DNA of 64,000 nucleotides from an uncultured Actinomycetes bacterium (GTDB taxonomy: Bacteria; Actinomycetota; Actinomycetes; S36-B12; UBA10799), in assembly GCA_963752505.1 (NCBI GenBank), contig CAVVYM010000008.1, positions 65,720-129,719 on the forward strand, read 5' to 3'. A model generated the notes under the pieces. That model saw only the letters and a list, made by a program, of their open reading frames with translations, did not search any database and was not told where the DNA came from. The position numbers and the translations under genes were made by a program. Positions 10,548-23,545 of this stretch are shown here, piece by piece. How positions within the stretch are numbered: position 1 is the first letter of the stretch; the number at the start of each line of letters is the position of its first letter.

Positions 10548-10689
10548 GACTAACGCCTTCCGTCCGAGTCGAGACTTGCTGCCAGGTCCGTGCCCCACGA
10601 TACTCGTCGCGAAGGTCAACCCATCTCGGGTGCCGGAATTCGCCGTGCCTGCCTTCGAAATCCGTTCGAAGTCGTCTAGGTTTGTCTCC

Positions 10690-11688
10690 GTGACCGACGA
10701 TGACTGTCGCGAGTCGGAGAGCTCCAGCGGCCTGGAACGCCTGGTGGATCGGTTCGATCGCGCCCGAATGACGACCCGTCGAGCCCGCAAGACGCTCATC
10801 ACACCAGCAGGTGTGCGTGGAGCGGCGATCGAATGCGCTTGGCTCAGCGCCCACATCGCCATGTACCCGCTCACGCTTCTCGAAGAGCGCGCCAGAGAGG
10901 CCCAGGAACGACACAACCTCGAGGGCCTGGCTCCGGTCCAGCGCGGATTGATCATCGGCGACGTGGAGGCGGCGGGAACGCCGATCATCCTCGTCCACGG
11001 CGTGGTCGACAACCACACCATCTTCACGCTGTTGCGGCGCTCGCTGATGCGCCGAGGTTTCGGACGCACCATCTCGCTGAACTACTCCCCGCTGACTGAC
11101 GACATTCGTCGGGTTGCCAAGCGCCTGAACCGCGTTGTCGAATCCGTGTGCCGCGAGACCGGCTACGAGCGGGTGCACGTCATCGGCCACTCGATGGGTG
11201 GCCTCATCGCCCGCTACTACGTCCAGCACCTCGGCGGGGACGCCCGCGTGCACACGCTGGTAACCCTGGGGACGCCGCATCAAGGAACGGCTCCGGCCAA
11301 ACTCGTCCCCCACAATGTGGCCCGCCAACTACGGCCCGACAGCCCCATCGTCGCCGAGCTTTCCGAACCCGCACCGGGCTGCCAGACGCGGATGGTGGCA
11401 GTCTGGTCGGATCTCGATCAGATGATCATCCCCAAGCGCAACGCCCGGATCGAACACGACGACCTCAACGCCCGCAACGTGTTCGTCCGGGGCGTCGGCC
11501 ACATGTCCCTGCCGGTGGACGGCCGCGTCGTGCACGAGATCAGCACGACGCTCGCGCACCTCGACGCCGACGGCACGACGCTGGCCCCCGGCGCAACGTC
11601 GATCTCCTCTGAGACCGCAAAGAGAACGTCCGCCGGCCACCGCTCGCCGCGCACTCAAAATACTGGCAAGTCAGCTTCAGGCGGCTGA
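10690..11688 (+). CDS. secreted/associated lipase-esterase, alpha/beta hydrolase fold
   Basis: [11 protein letters not shown], then the nucleophile elbow [14 protein letters not shown], then LGTPHQGT. This pattern is class-2 lipase/PGAP1-like. The start is uncertain (GTG at 10690 or ATG at 10768). The track start at 10438 would overlap the divergent gene. Confidence 0.72.
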   Translation: MTDDDCRESESSSGLERLVDRFDRARMTTRRARKTLITPAGVRGAAIECAWLSAHIAMYPLTLLEERAREAQERHNLEGLAPVQRGLIIGDVEAAGTPIILVHGVVDNHTIFTLLRRSLMRRGFGRTISLNYSPLTDDIRRVAKRLNRVVESVCRETGYERVHVIGHSMGGLIARYYVQHLGGDARVHTLVTLGTPHQGTAPAKLVPHNVARQLRPDSPIVAELSEPAPGCQTRMVAVWSDLDQMIIPKRNARIEHDDLNARNVFVRGVGHMSLPVDGRVVHEISTTLAHLDADGTTLAPGATSISSETAKRTSAGHRSPRTQNTGKSASGG

Positions 11689-11733
11689 CGGACGCCGTAG
11701 GTCGACGGGTCTGCGAGGTCAGTTCCGCGCGGT

Positions 11734-12405
11734 TCACGCTGACTCTGGAATCGGCATAACCTCAAGCGGGCTGATCAGCACTCCGTTGCGCTCGACTTCA
11801 AGGTGCAGGTGCGGGCCGGTGCTGTAGCCGGTGTTACCCAGTGCGCCTATCGGTTGACCGCCCGCGACGGACTGTCCCACAGCCACGTAGGGCTCCGACA
11901 TCAAGTGTGCGTAGAGGCTGGTGTGACCGTCGCCATGGTCGATTTCCACGGTGAAGCCGTAGCCGCTCTGCCACCCGGCAGAGATCACTGTCCCGGATCG
12001 ACCGGCCCGAACGTCCTGGCCTTCGGGGCCGGCAAGGTCAATCGCATTGTGCGGGCCATCCGAGCGCATCTCGCCGTAGTAGGAACTCATGTAGTAGCTG
12101 CTCACCGGGTTGTGCCAAGCTGCGGCCTCGGCTTCGGCCTTCTCGATCATGGATTTCGCAACGGCGGCGTTGAACTCCGCCTCAGCGGCGACACGGGCGG
12201 CCTCAGCGGCCCCAGTCTCCTGCTCGGCCTGGGCAGCGTCGAGGTCGGTGACCAATGATCCGACGGACGCCGAGCCGTTCACGACCAGGTCGGTCGGCGA
12301 GGCCGCGGCAGCGGTCTGCGTTCCACCGAGTGCAATGGCAGCGAAGGCCACGGCAGCCCCAGAGAAAGAAGCGACGCTCCGATGTTGATCCTTGAAGTTG
12401 AACAT
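11734..12405 (-). CDS. M23 family metallopeptidase (peptidoglycan endopeptidase) with signal peptide
   Basis: N-terminal signal-like AVAFAAIALGGTQTAAAA. Catalytic motifs HNAIDLAG, GHTSLYAHL and GNTGYSTGPHLHLEV. It sits next to pcrA, as does Rv0950c in M. tuberculosis. Confidence 0.9.
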   Translation of the reverse strand: MFNFKDQHRSVASFSGAAVAFAAIALGGTQTAAAASPTDLVVNGSASVGSLVTDLDAAQAEQETGAAEAARVAAEAEFNAAVAKSMIEKAEAEAAAWHNPVSSYYMSSYYGEMRSDGPHNAIDLAGPEGQDVRAGRSGTVISAGWQSGYGFTVEIDHGDGHTSLYAHLMSEPYVAVGQSVAGGQPIGALGNTGYSTGPHLHLEVERNGVLISPLEVMPIPESA

Positions 12406-12419
12406 TATGTTTCAGCTTC

Positions 12420-12515
12420 CTGCTGTGTCGTGGGTCGCGCTCCCGGGTCGGTCTGCGCGACTCCCCCATGGCTTTCGCCTGTCGTGGACTGATGGTCCCC
12501 CGGACCCACGACGCC
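12420..12515 (-). promoter_or_regulatory. structured 5' leader, candidate c-di-AMP (ydaO-type) riboswitch
   Basis: On the minus strand, GUCGUGGGUC (12512-12503) pairs perfectly with GACCCACGAC (12436-12427). The pair encloses two GGGGGA boxes (CGGGGGACCAUC, UGGGGGAGUCGC), a GGC-GAAA-GCC hairpin and CCGACCCGGGAGC. The order resembles the ydaO conserved boxes, and the context (a cell-wall hydrolase in Actinobacteria) is the classical one. Not verified with a covariance model. Confidence 0.45.
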
Positions 12516-12588
12516 TACACATACACAAATAGGACAAAGCAGACATTTCACCTGTGAGTAGCCCCACACTGGCGAGTTTTCGGCGTGT

Positions 12589-14820
12589 TCAGTCGCCGAG
12601 GCGCTCCACCGGCGCATAGCGCAGCAGGAGCCGCTTCGTGCCGACGCTTCCGAAGTCGATACTCGCCTCGGCGCGATCACCGGTGCCCCGCGTCGTCACC
12701 ACCGAACCGAGGCCGAACGAGGGGTGGACCACGCGATCGCCGGGCTGCAGGTTCAGGATCACCGCGCCGCCGCCATTCGACGAACCCGCGCGCCCCCCAC
12801 CAGGGCCGCCGCTGAATCCGCTGGGCGGGGCCGTGGCCTCAGGCGTCGCCTCACCCCTGGTAGCGACGACGTCATCGGGCAGTTCGGATAGGAAGCGGCT
12901 CGGCGGGTTGGCGATGGGGCTCCCCCAGGCCGCCCGCATCCGGGCCCGCGTCAGATAGAGCCTTTCCCTGGCCCTGGTAATTCCCACGTAGGCCAAGCGG
13001 CGTTCCTCTTCGAGTTCTCGTGGATCGCCCAGTGACCGGGAATGGGGGAAGACACCGTCCTCCATGCCGGTCAAGAAGACAACCGGGAACTCCAGCCCCT
13101 TGGCCGTGTGCAACGTCATCAGGGTGATCACACCGCCGTCGGCATCGGGCAGTTCGTCTGCGTCGGAGACCAGCGCAACGCGCTCCAGAAAGTCGTCCAG
13201 GGTGGCTGGCTCGGCGTCCTCCGCCGCCGCCCGGTCGGCTTCGAATTCCAGCGCCACAGACTCCAACTCGGCCAGGTTCTCGGCACGCGTCGCGTCCTGC
13301 GGATCGTCCGACGCCTGAAAGGCCGCCAGTAGTCCGGTGAGTTCGAGCACGGCCTGCACAACTGCGCCCAGCCCGGCGGCCGACTCCTGCACCGCCCGCA
13401 GGTCGTCGAGCACCGCTGCGAATGCTCCGAGGGTCTTGATCGCTCGTGGCGTGAGACCCGGCACCTCCGGCGCGCGCCGCAGCGCCTCAACGAAGGCGAT
13501 GCGCTCCCGCTGCGCGAAGGACGCGACGAGTTCCTCGGTACGGTTCCCGATACCGCGCTTGGGGGTGTTGAGGATGCGGCGCAGCGAAACATCGTCGGCC
13601 GGATTCGCCAGCACCTTCAAATAGGCCAGCGCATCCTTGATCTCCTTACGCTCGTAGAAGCGAGTGCCGCCGATCACGCGGTAGGGCAGACCGACGCGAA
13701 TGAGCACCTCTTCCACGGCCCGCGACTGGGCGTTGGTGCGATAGAAGACGGCCACGTCGCCCGGGGCGACGTCATGCTCGTCGGCCAGGGAATCGATCTC
13801 GCGGGCGATGAATCCCGCCTCGGCACGTTCATCGTCGGCCGCGAACACCACCAGTGGGGCACCACTCCCGGCGTCTGTCCACAGCCGCTTGGCGCGCCGG
13901 TCTGCGTTGCGAGTGATCACCGCGTTGGCCGCCGTGAGGATGTTCTGCGTCGATCTGTAGTTCTGTTCGAGCAGGATGACCTTGGCATCCGGGAAGTCCG
14001 CTTCGAACTGTTCGATGTTGCGAAGCGTGGCGCCCCGGAAGGCGTAGATGGACTGGTCGGAGTCTCCCACCACGCAGAGCGCGCCAGGGGCGACGCCGTC
14101 GCTGCCATCGCCGACCAGCGCCCGCACGAGCATGTACTGGGCGTGGTTGGTGTCCTGGTACTCGTCCACCAGGATGTGCCGGAATCTGCGGTGGTAGTGC
14201 TCCGCAACGTCGGGGAAACCCGTGAGCAGCGCGACCGTGTGGCCGATGAGGTCATCGAAATCGACGGCCCCCGCGCGCAGCAGTCGGGCCTGGTAGTCGC
14301 GGTAGACCGAAGCCACGATGACATCGCTGGGAACCACAGCGGAACTGGCGAACTGATCGAAATCGATGAGTTCGTTCTTCAGCGACGAGATGCGACTGGC
14401 CATCGCTCGCGGCGTCGTCCGCTTGATGTCCAGATCGGCGTCGCGCATCACCATGGTGAGCAGGCGCAACGAATCGGCGCTGTCGTAGATCGTGAAGCTC
14501 GAGGGCAGATTCAACCGATCGGCGTGGGCCCGCAGGATGCGGACACAAGCGGAGTGGAAGGTCGAGACGGTCATGGCGCGAGCCCGACGGCCCACCAACT
14601 CCGCCACGCGTTCGCGCATCTCGGCGGCGGCCTTGTTGGTGAAGGTAATCGCGAGAATCTCCCCCGGCGCGGCCTGCCGCGTCTCGAGCAGGTGGGCGAT
14701 GCGCCTGGTCAGTACCCGGGTCTTGCCGGAACCTGCGCCAGCGACGATGAGCAGCGCCCGGGCTTCGCTACCGACGGCCTCCCGCTGCTGGGGATTGAGA
14801 TCGGTCAGAGCGTCGGTCAC
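12589..14820 (-). CDS. pcrA: ATP-dependent DNA helicase PcrA/UvrD1
   Basis: 743 aa with the SF1 helicase motifs AGAGSGKT, VDEYQDTN, FYRTNAQSR and TLHTAKGLEFPVVF, plus a C-terminal Tudor-like tail. Confidence 0.95.
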   Translation of the reverse strand: MTDALTDLNPQQREAVGSEARALLIVAGAGSGKTRVLTRRIAHLLETRQAAPGEILAITFTNKAAAEMRERVAELVGRRARAMTVSTFHSACVRILRAHADRLNLPSSFTIYDSADSLRLLTMVMRDADLDIKRTTPRAMASRISSLKNELIDFDQFASSAVVPSDVIVASVYRDYQARLLRAGAVDFDDLIGHTVALLTGFPDVAEHYHRRFRHILVDEYQDTNHAQYMLVRALVGDGSDGVAPGALCVVGDSDQSIYAFRGATLRNIEQFEADFPDAKVILLEQNYRSTQNILTAANAVITRNADRRAKRLWTDAGSGAPLVVFAADDERAEAGFIAREIDSLADEHDVAPGDVAVFYRTNAQSRAVEEVLIRVGLPYRVIGGTRFYERKEIKDALAYLKVLANPADDVSLRRILNTPKRGIGNRTEELVASFAQRERIAFVEALRRAPEVPGLTPRAIKTLGAFAAVLDDLRAVQESAAGLGAVVQAVLELTGLLAAFQASDDPQDATRAENLAELESVALEFEADRAAAEDAEPATLDDFLERVALVSDADELPDADGGVITLMTLHTAKGLEFPVVFLTGMEDGVFPHSRSLGDPRELEEERRLAYVGITRARERLYLTRARMRAAWGSPIANPPSRFLSELPDDVVATRGEATPEATAPPSGFSGGPGGGRAGSSNGGGAVILNLQPGDRVVHPSFGLGSVVTTRGTGDRAEASIDFGSVGTKRLLLRYAPVERLGD

Positions 14821-14855
14821 GGGCCAAGTCTAAGTGTCGACGCCGACACAGACGA

Positions 14856-15215
14856 CTACCGCCAGAAGACGGCGATGACCACGTTGAGGATCGACAACCC
14901 GCCGATGGCTGCCCACACTCCGGTGCTGATGGCCTCCTTCTTGCGGTTGACCAGGATCAGGCCCAGCACCACGAGCAGCACCACGAGTTTCACGGCGATC
15001 TTGGCGTTGTCGGGGTACAGTTCCTCGTTGCCGTCGGCCAGCGGGTAGGCCAACCCCACGAGCGCGACACCGGTGACCAGCTGGGTCAGGGCGCCGTGGA
15101 ACATGGCGTTGTTCACCACTCGGGTCTGGTCCTTGATCTGCACCAAGAAACCACCGATCAGGGCAGCCAGGCCGAGAAAGTGCAGCACTACCAGGACGTG
15201 TTCGAGGAACTCCAT
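14856..15215 (-). CDS. small integral membrane protein, function unknown
   Basis: 119 aa with four hydrophobic segments (VLVVLHFLGLAALIGGFLV, LVTGVALVGLAY, LVVLLVVLGLILV, AAIGGLSILNVVIAVF). Clean intergenic fit between guaA and pcrA. Confidence 0.6.
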   Translation of the reverse strand: MEFLEHVLVVLHFLGLAALIGGFLVQIKDQTRVVNNAMFHGALTQLVTGVALVGLAYPLADGNEELYPDNAKIAVKLVVLLVVLGLILVNRKKEAISTGVWAAIGGLSILNVVIAVFWR

Positions 15216-15245
15216 GGCGACAACTCTATCCCCTGCGCCTGGGCT

Positions 15246-16820
<1,575 letters not shown>

Positions 16821-16830
16821 GGGGCTGACT

Positions 16831-18573
16831 CTACGAGGCCACCGATGCTGGCTGCGCTGGCACCGTCGGAATGCCGAGGTCGACGGGGAGCCGCCAGGCA
16901 CCAGGTGCGTCGTCCGGCACCACCGGGTGAATCGGGGCCACCGCCGGCAGGCGTCGGTACTTTTCGCCCTGCGAGGGACGCTGGTCGACTTCACCCCTGT
17001 TCGGCCACAACGACATCGCACGCTCAGCTTGCGCCGTGATGGTCAGCGACGGATTGACACCCAGGTTCGCCGAAACCGCGGCGCCATCGACGATGTGCAA
17101 CGTCGGGTAGCCGTGCACGCGATGGTAGGGGTCGATCACGCCGTCCTCGGCCGATTCCGCGATCACTGCGCCGCCGACGAAGTGGGCGGTCATGGGGGCA
17201 TTGAGCGGTTCCCCCAGGTTTCCACCGGGGAGGCCACCGATGATCTTCGCGAGCCGCCGGACCGCCTCGTTCGCCACCGGAATGTACGTCGGGTTGGGTT
17301 CGCCTTCGCCTTGTCGGCTGGTCAACTTGACCCGACCGGTGACCGTCTTCTTCCCTGATACCGTCACCGAGTTGTCGAGGTTCTGCATCACCAGCGCAAT
17401 GACGCCTCGTTCGGACCACCTGCGAACATTCGCCAACTTGATCGCGACCTTCGGATTGCGCGCGATCGTCTTCGCCCACGTCTTCCACCTCGGTACCCCC
17501 GGCTCTTCGTCGGTGAGGACCGTCTGCAGCATGCCCATCGAGTTTGAGCCCTTGCCGTAGCGGCACGGTTCGATGTGCGTATGCGGTTCCGGGTAGAAAC
17601 TCGAGGTGATCGCCACCCCGGAGGTGTAGTCCTCTTCGGCCGAATCCGCAATGGCGCCCACGAGCGACTCGGAATTGGTGCGAGAGAGGTACCCAAGCCG
17701 ATTCGACAGCCTCGGCAGGATCCCTCTGACCTTCATCCGGTGCAGCAATTTCTGGGTGCTGTAGGTGCCGGCGGCAATGATCACCTCGTCGGCTGTGAAG
17801 TACTTCTTCGGTCCCGGCGTGCCAGTTCGCTTCGTCTCGATCCGCCACGGTTGGCCATCGGATCCGGGCACCACGCTGGTCGCCATGGTCAGCGGAAACA
17901 CCTCCGCGCCAGCCTGTTCGGCCAGACCCAAGTAGTTCTTGGGCAGGGTGTTCTTGGCGTTGTGCCGGCACCCCGTCATGCATTCACCACACTCCAGGCA
18001 CCCCGACCGCTCAGGGCCGACACCGCCGAAGTAGGGATCCTCGCTGGCCACGCCCGCACCCTCGCCGAAGAAAACCCCCACGGGGGTCATGCGGAAGGTG
18101 TCGCCCACCCCCATCTCATCGGCCACCTGCTTCATGGCCACGTCGGCCCGCGTCATCGTGGGGTTCTGGACCACACCCAGCATTCTGGTGGCCTGGTCGT
18201 AGTAGGGCGCCAACTCGTCCTGCCAGTCGGTGATGTGTCCCCACTGCCGATCCTTGAAGAACGGCTCCGGCGGCACGTACAGCGTGTTGGCGTAGACCAG
18301 TGAGCCGCCGCCGACGCCGGCACCGGCGAGCACCAAGACGTTGCTCAACAAGTGAATCCGCTGGATGCCGGTCAACCCGAGGCCGGGCGCCCAGAGGAAT
18401 CGACGCAGCCGCCAGGAGGTCTTGGGGAAGTCCCCGTCGGTGAAGCGCCGGCCAGCCTCCAGCACCGCGACTCGGTAGCCCTTCTCGACCAGACGCAGCG
18501 CCGAGACCGACCCGCCGAAGCCCGATCCGACGATCACAACGTCGTAATGTCCCGCGTTCTTCACGCTCTTCAC
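16831..18573 (-). CDS. GMC-family FAD oxidoreductase (cholesterol oxidase ChoD-like)
   Basis: 580 aa with the N-terminal FAD fingerprint [32 protein letters not shown] and a C-terminal GMC domain (HPLGG-like MTAHFVGG). It is linked to guaA and guaB, as choD is in mycobacteria. Confidence 0.85.
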   Translation of the reverse strand: MKSVKNAGHYDVVIVGSGFGGSVSALRLVEKGYRVAVLEAGRRFTDGDFPKTSWRLRRFLWAPGLGLTGIQRIHLLSNVLVLAGAGVGGGSLVYANTLYVPPEPFFKDRQWGHITDWQDELAPYYDQATRMLGVVQNPTMTRADVAMKQVADEMGVGDTFRMTPVGVFFGEGAGVASEDPYFGGVGPERSGCLECGECMTGCRHNAKNTLPKNYLGLAEQAGAEVFPLTMATSVVPGSDGQPWRIETKRTGTPGPKKYFTADEVIIAAGTYSTQKLLHRMKVRGILPRLSNRLGYLSRTNSESLVGAIADSAEEDYTSGVAITSSFYPEPHTHIEPCRYGKGSNSMGMLQTVLTDEEPGVPRWKTWAKTIARNPKVAIKLANVRRWSERGVIALVMQNLDNSVTVSGKKTVTGRVKLTSRQGEGEPNPTYIPVANEAVRRLAKIIGGLPGGNLGEPLNAPMTAHFVGGAVIAESAEDGVIDPYHRVHGYPTLHIVDGAAVSANLGVNPSLTITAQAERAMSLWPNRGEVDQRPSQGEKYRRLPAVAPIHPVVPDDAPGAWRLPVDLGIPTVPAQPASVAS

Positions 18574-18576
18574 TCC

Positions 18577-20172
18577 CTATTTCATTCCCAGACGACGCAT
18601 GAGCGCCACGGATGCGATCAGGCCTTCGCCCCAGACCTTGTCAGAGAAGACGTCGGGGCGGGTGAAACCCTGCACTCGCTGCACAGCCACATTCTTGGTC
18701 TCGGTGTACTTGAGCAACCCCTCCCGACCGTGCCTTCGCCCCAAACCTGAGGCTCGGAAGCCGCCCATCGGGGCATCGACACTGGCCCATGCGGCGCCGT
18801 AGCCCTCGTTGATATTCACTGTTCCGGCGTGCAATTGGGCCGCGATCACCTTGCCTTCGCGGTTCGAACTGGTGAGCACCGAGGCGTTCAACCCGTACTC
18901 GGAGTGATTCGCCCGGTCGATCGCCTCGTGTACCGAGTTGACTTTGAACAGGCTGACCACTGGGCCGAAGGTCTCGGTGAACGCCAGAATCATGTTGGTC
19001 GTCACGTCGGCCAGAATCGTCGGTTCGTAGAAGAACGGCCCGACGTCGGGCCGAGCACGACCACCGGCAAGCACTGTCGCGCCCTGCCCGACCGCATCAT
19101 CGACGTGCTCACTGACCCTGGTCAATTGGCGGGCCGAGATCAGCGACCCAACGTCGGCACCCCAACCGATCCCTGCGGCGAGGTGAAGATCCTTCGTGCG
19201 ACGGACGAAAGCGTCCGTGAAGGCTTCGTAGATGTCCGCGTGAATGTAGATTCGTTCCATCGAGATACACAATTGGCCGGTGTTGGAGAAACTGGCCGCC
19301 ACCGCGATCTTTGCGGCCCGTTCGATATTGACGTCGGGTGCGACGATCATGGCGTTCTTGCCACCGAGCTCCATGGAGCAGCCGACGAGGCGTTCACCGC
19401 AGCGGGCGGCGACCTGCCGCCCCACGGTCGTGGACCCGGTGAACATCACGTAGTCGGCGCGATCGGTAACCATCGGCCCGACCACGGGTCCCTCGCCGCT
19501 GACGACGTTGAGCACCCCTTCGGGCAGGCCCGCCTCGTACATCTGCTCCACCACCCACAGGGCGGTGAACATCGTCTGCGAATCTGGTTTGAGCACCACC
19601 GCGTTGCCCGCCATGAGGGCGGCGATGGCGTCGGTGATGGCGAGCGTGAGGGGGTAGTTCCACGGCGAGATGATGCCCACCACCCCGATGGGGACGTGGT
19701 GGACGCGGGTCTTGGTCAGAACTGGGATGGCCCCGCGGCGGTTGTTGCTGCGCAGCGCCTTCTCGGCGGTGCGTGCGTAGTAGCGCGAGGTGATGAGCAC
19801 GTCGCCGAGCTCCTCGGCGGCCGATCCCCTGGCCTTGCCGGTCTCGAGTTGAACCAAGTCCAGGCCCTGGGCCCGGCGCGAATAGACCAAGTCGTGGAAC
19901 CGGAGCAGGATGCGCGCTCGCTGCGCGATCGGCGTCGCAGCCCAGGTCGGCTGCTGACGTCGAGCGGTGCCGAAGGCGATCTCCACGTCCTGTTCGCTGG
20001 AGATCGGCACCGCCGGCAATGGCGATGCGTCGAACGGCGCCGTGGCCACCGTCACCCCGTGCGCACCGGAGGCCGTCACGCGACCGCGCAGCAACCGGAC
20101 GAGATCGGCCGTCATCACTGTGTCGGCAAGGGGTGTGCTGGTGTGCGGCGCAGCATCGAGATCAAGGGACAT
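18577..20172 (-). CDS. NAD(P)+ aldehyde dehydrogenase (succinate-semialdehyde dehydrogenase GabD2-like)
   Basis: ALDH motifs VLKPDSQT, FTGSTTVGR, the MELGGKNA glutamate box and the FSNTGQLCISMERIY catalytic Cys box. The start is an ATG at 20172 or a GTG at 20193. Confidence 0.85.
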   Translation of the reverse strand: MSLDLDAAPHTSTPLADTVMTADLVRLLRGRVTASGAHGVTVATAPFDASPLPAVPISSEQDVEIAFGTARRQQPTWAATPIAQRARILLRFHDLVYSRRAQGLDLVQLETGKARGSAAEELGDVLITSRYYARTAEKALRSNNRRGAIPVLTKTRVHHVPIGVVGIISPWNYPLTLAITDAIAALMAGNAVVLKPDSQTMFTALWVVEQMYEAGLPEGVLNVVSGEGPVVGPMVTDRADYVMFTGSTTVGRQVAARCGERLVGCSMELGGKNAMIVAPDVNIERAAKIAVAASFSNTGQLCISMERIYIHADIYEAFTDAFVRRTKDLHLAAGIGWGADVGSLISARQLTRVSEHVDDAVGQGATVLAGGRARPDVGPFFYEPTILADVTTNMILAFTETFGPVVSLFKVNSVHEAIDRANHSEYGLNASVLTSSNREGKVIAAQLHAGTVNINEGYGAAWASVDAPMGGFRASGLGRRHGREGLLKYTETKNVAVQRVQGFTRPDVFSDKVWGEGLIASVALMRRLGMK

Positions 20173-20238
20173 GGGGCCAGAGTATGCGCACACTGACGCA
20201 CGCGTCAGCCCCCCTGACCCCGCAAGTCTCGTGGCACC

Positions 20239-21348
20239 TCAACCCTGCGCGACAACCTCGACCCGTTGGAACTCCTTGAGATCGGAGTATCCGCAGGTGG
20301 CGACCGCGCGGCGCAGCGCCCCTGCGATGTTCATCAGACCGGTGCTCACGCTGGATGGGCCTTGGAGGATCTCCGCCAACGATCCAACCGTGCCGAGTTC
20401 CACGAGTTCACCGCGCGGCAAGTGCTCGTGTACGGCCTCCATCCCCCAGTGCCGCCCCTGCCCCGGGGCCTCGTTCGCCCGTGCCAGCATGGATCCGACC
20501 ATCACCGCATCGGCGCCGATCGCCATCGCCTTGACGATGTCGCCGGTGCTGCCCATGCCGCCATCGGCGATCACGTGGACGTACCTGCCGCCGGATTCGT
20601 CGAGGTAGTCGCTGCGCGCTGCCGAGACATCGGCAATCGCAGACGCCATGGGGACGCGCACACCGAGCACCTGGTGGGTGGTGTGCGTCGCTCCGCCGCC
20701 GAATCCCACGAGTACGCCAGCTGCACCGGCCCGCATCAGGTGCAGCGCTGCGGAGTGGGTGGCCACACCGCCAACGACGACCGGCACGTCGAGGTCGTAG
20801 ATGAACCGCTTGAGGTTCAGCGGCGCCGCCCGGCCGGAGACGTGTTCCGCGCTGACGGTGGTGCCGCGGATGACGAACACATCAACCCCGGAGGTGGTGA
20901 CGATGCTGGCGAACTCCTCGGTGTTCTTGGGCGACAGCGCCCCCGCCACTGTCACCCCCATCTCCCGTAGTTCGAGCACACGTGCGCGCATGAGTTCCGG
21001 CGAGATCGGCTGCCGGTACAACTCCTGTAGACGGGCAACAGCGGTAGCCGGATCAAGCGTGCGGATGTGCGCGAGCAGCGATTCCGGCTCCTCGTAGCGA
21101 GTCCACAGACCCTCCAGGTTGAGCACCGGCAGGGCACCGAGGGCTCCGATCCGGGCAGCCGTCGCGGGTGAGACGACAGAGTCGGTGGGTGCCGCCATTA
21201 CGGGGATTTCGAATGAATAGGCATCCAAGCGCCAGGTGGTGGAGCAGTCCTCCGGATCGCGGGTGCGACGGCTGGGCGCGATCGCCACGTCGTCGAGGGA
21301 ATATGCGATGCGGGCGCGCTTGCCGCGGCCGAGCTCGACTTCAGTCAC
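20239..21348 (-). CDS. guaB3: GuaB3-type IMP dehydrogenase-related protein (no CBS pair, no catalytic Cys)
   Basis: 369 aa (RIAYSLDDVAIAPSRRTR...). The active-site loop reads GFGGGATHTTHQVLG where IMPDH has [10 protein letters not shown]. Confidence 0.88.
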   Translation of the reverse strand: MTEVELGRGKRARIAYSLDDVAIAPSRRTRDPEDCSTTWRLDAYSFEIPVMAAPTDSVVSPATAARIGALGALPVLNLEGLWTRYEEPESLLAHIRTLDPATAVARLQELYRQPISPELMRARVLELREMGVTVAGALSPKNTEEFASIVTTSGVDVFVIRGTTVSAEHVSGRAAPLNLKRFIYDLDVPVVVGGVATHSAALHLMRAGAAGVLVGFGGGATHTTHQVLGVRVPMASAIADVSAARSDYLDESGGRYVHVIADGGMGSTGDIVKAMAIGADAVMVGSMLARANEAPGQGRHWGMEAVHEHLPRGELVELGTVGSLAEILQGPSSVSTGLMNIAGALRRAVATCGYSDLKEFQRVEVVAQG

Positions 21349-21365
21349 AATCGGCAGACTACCGT

Positions 21366-22857
<1,492 letters not shown>

Positions 22858-22900
22858 CTAAGGCTAGTGCCTGCTCCGCGCTCTGCTGCAGGGGCGATAC

Positions 22901-23503
22901 CTAGCGCAGCAGACCCCAGCGAAATCCGTTCGCCACCGCCGCGGCCCGGTCGGAGGCGCCCATCTTTCGGTAGAGCCGGCGCGCGTGTGTCTTGACCGTA
23001 TCCTCCGTGAGGAACAGCTCCCTGCCGATCTCGGCATTGGACAGGCCTCGCATGATTCCGTCCAGCACCTGCTGCTCCCGCGTGCTCAGCACAGGGCGCC
23101 GCCCCGCCGGTTCGCCAAAGCGGGGGCCGCCCTCCGGCGTCGAATCGATCACCAGGGCCAGAATGGCGGCGAACTCCTCGTATGAGGCGTCTTTGGCGAC
23201 GTAGCCACGCGCACCCACTTCGACGGCCGTCCCGACTGCGTCGGCGTCGTGCGCGGTGGCGAGCATGATCACATCGACTTCGGGGTGATCGTGATTCAGC
23301 CGCCGAGTAGTCTCCACGCCACCCAAGCCGGGCATGCGGACGTCCATCAGCACCACATCCGGGCGCTCGGACCGGATCCGCCGGAGTACTTCTTCACCGC
23401 TCGCGGCAGTGGCAACGCGATCGATTCCGGCGATCATTGCGATGGCCCGACGAACCGCCTCCCGCTCCGCCGCCACGTCATCGCACACCAACACCACCGG
23501 CAC
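22901..23503 (-). CDS. bldM: NarL/FixJ (LuxR C-terminal HTH) orphan response regulator, BldM-like
   Basis: 200 aa. Receiver domain with CDD (D8, D9) and LMDVRMPGLGG (D54). C-terminal HTH NAEIGRELFLTEDTVKTHARRLYRKMGASDRAAAV...GFRWGLL. This closely resembles my recollection of Streptomyces BldM, and the whiD-adjacent position is the same. No histidine kinase lies nearby. Confidence 0.8.
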   Translation of the reverse strand: MPVVLVCDDVAAEREAVRRAIAMIAGIDRVATAASGEEVLRRIRSERPDVVLMDVRMPGLGGVETTRRLNHDHPEVDVIMLATAHDADAVGTAVEVGARGYVAKDASYEEFAAILALVIDSTPEGGPRFGEPAGRRPVLSTREQQVLDGIMRGLSNAEIGRELFLTEDTVKTHARRLYRKMGASDRAAAVANGFRWGLLR

Positions 23504-23545
23504 GTGATCGCCCCCTCGTCGTCAGTCGTCGGACACAACACGAGC

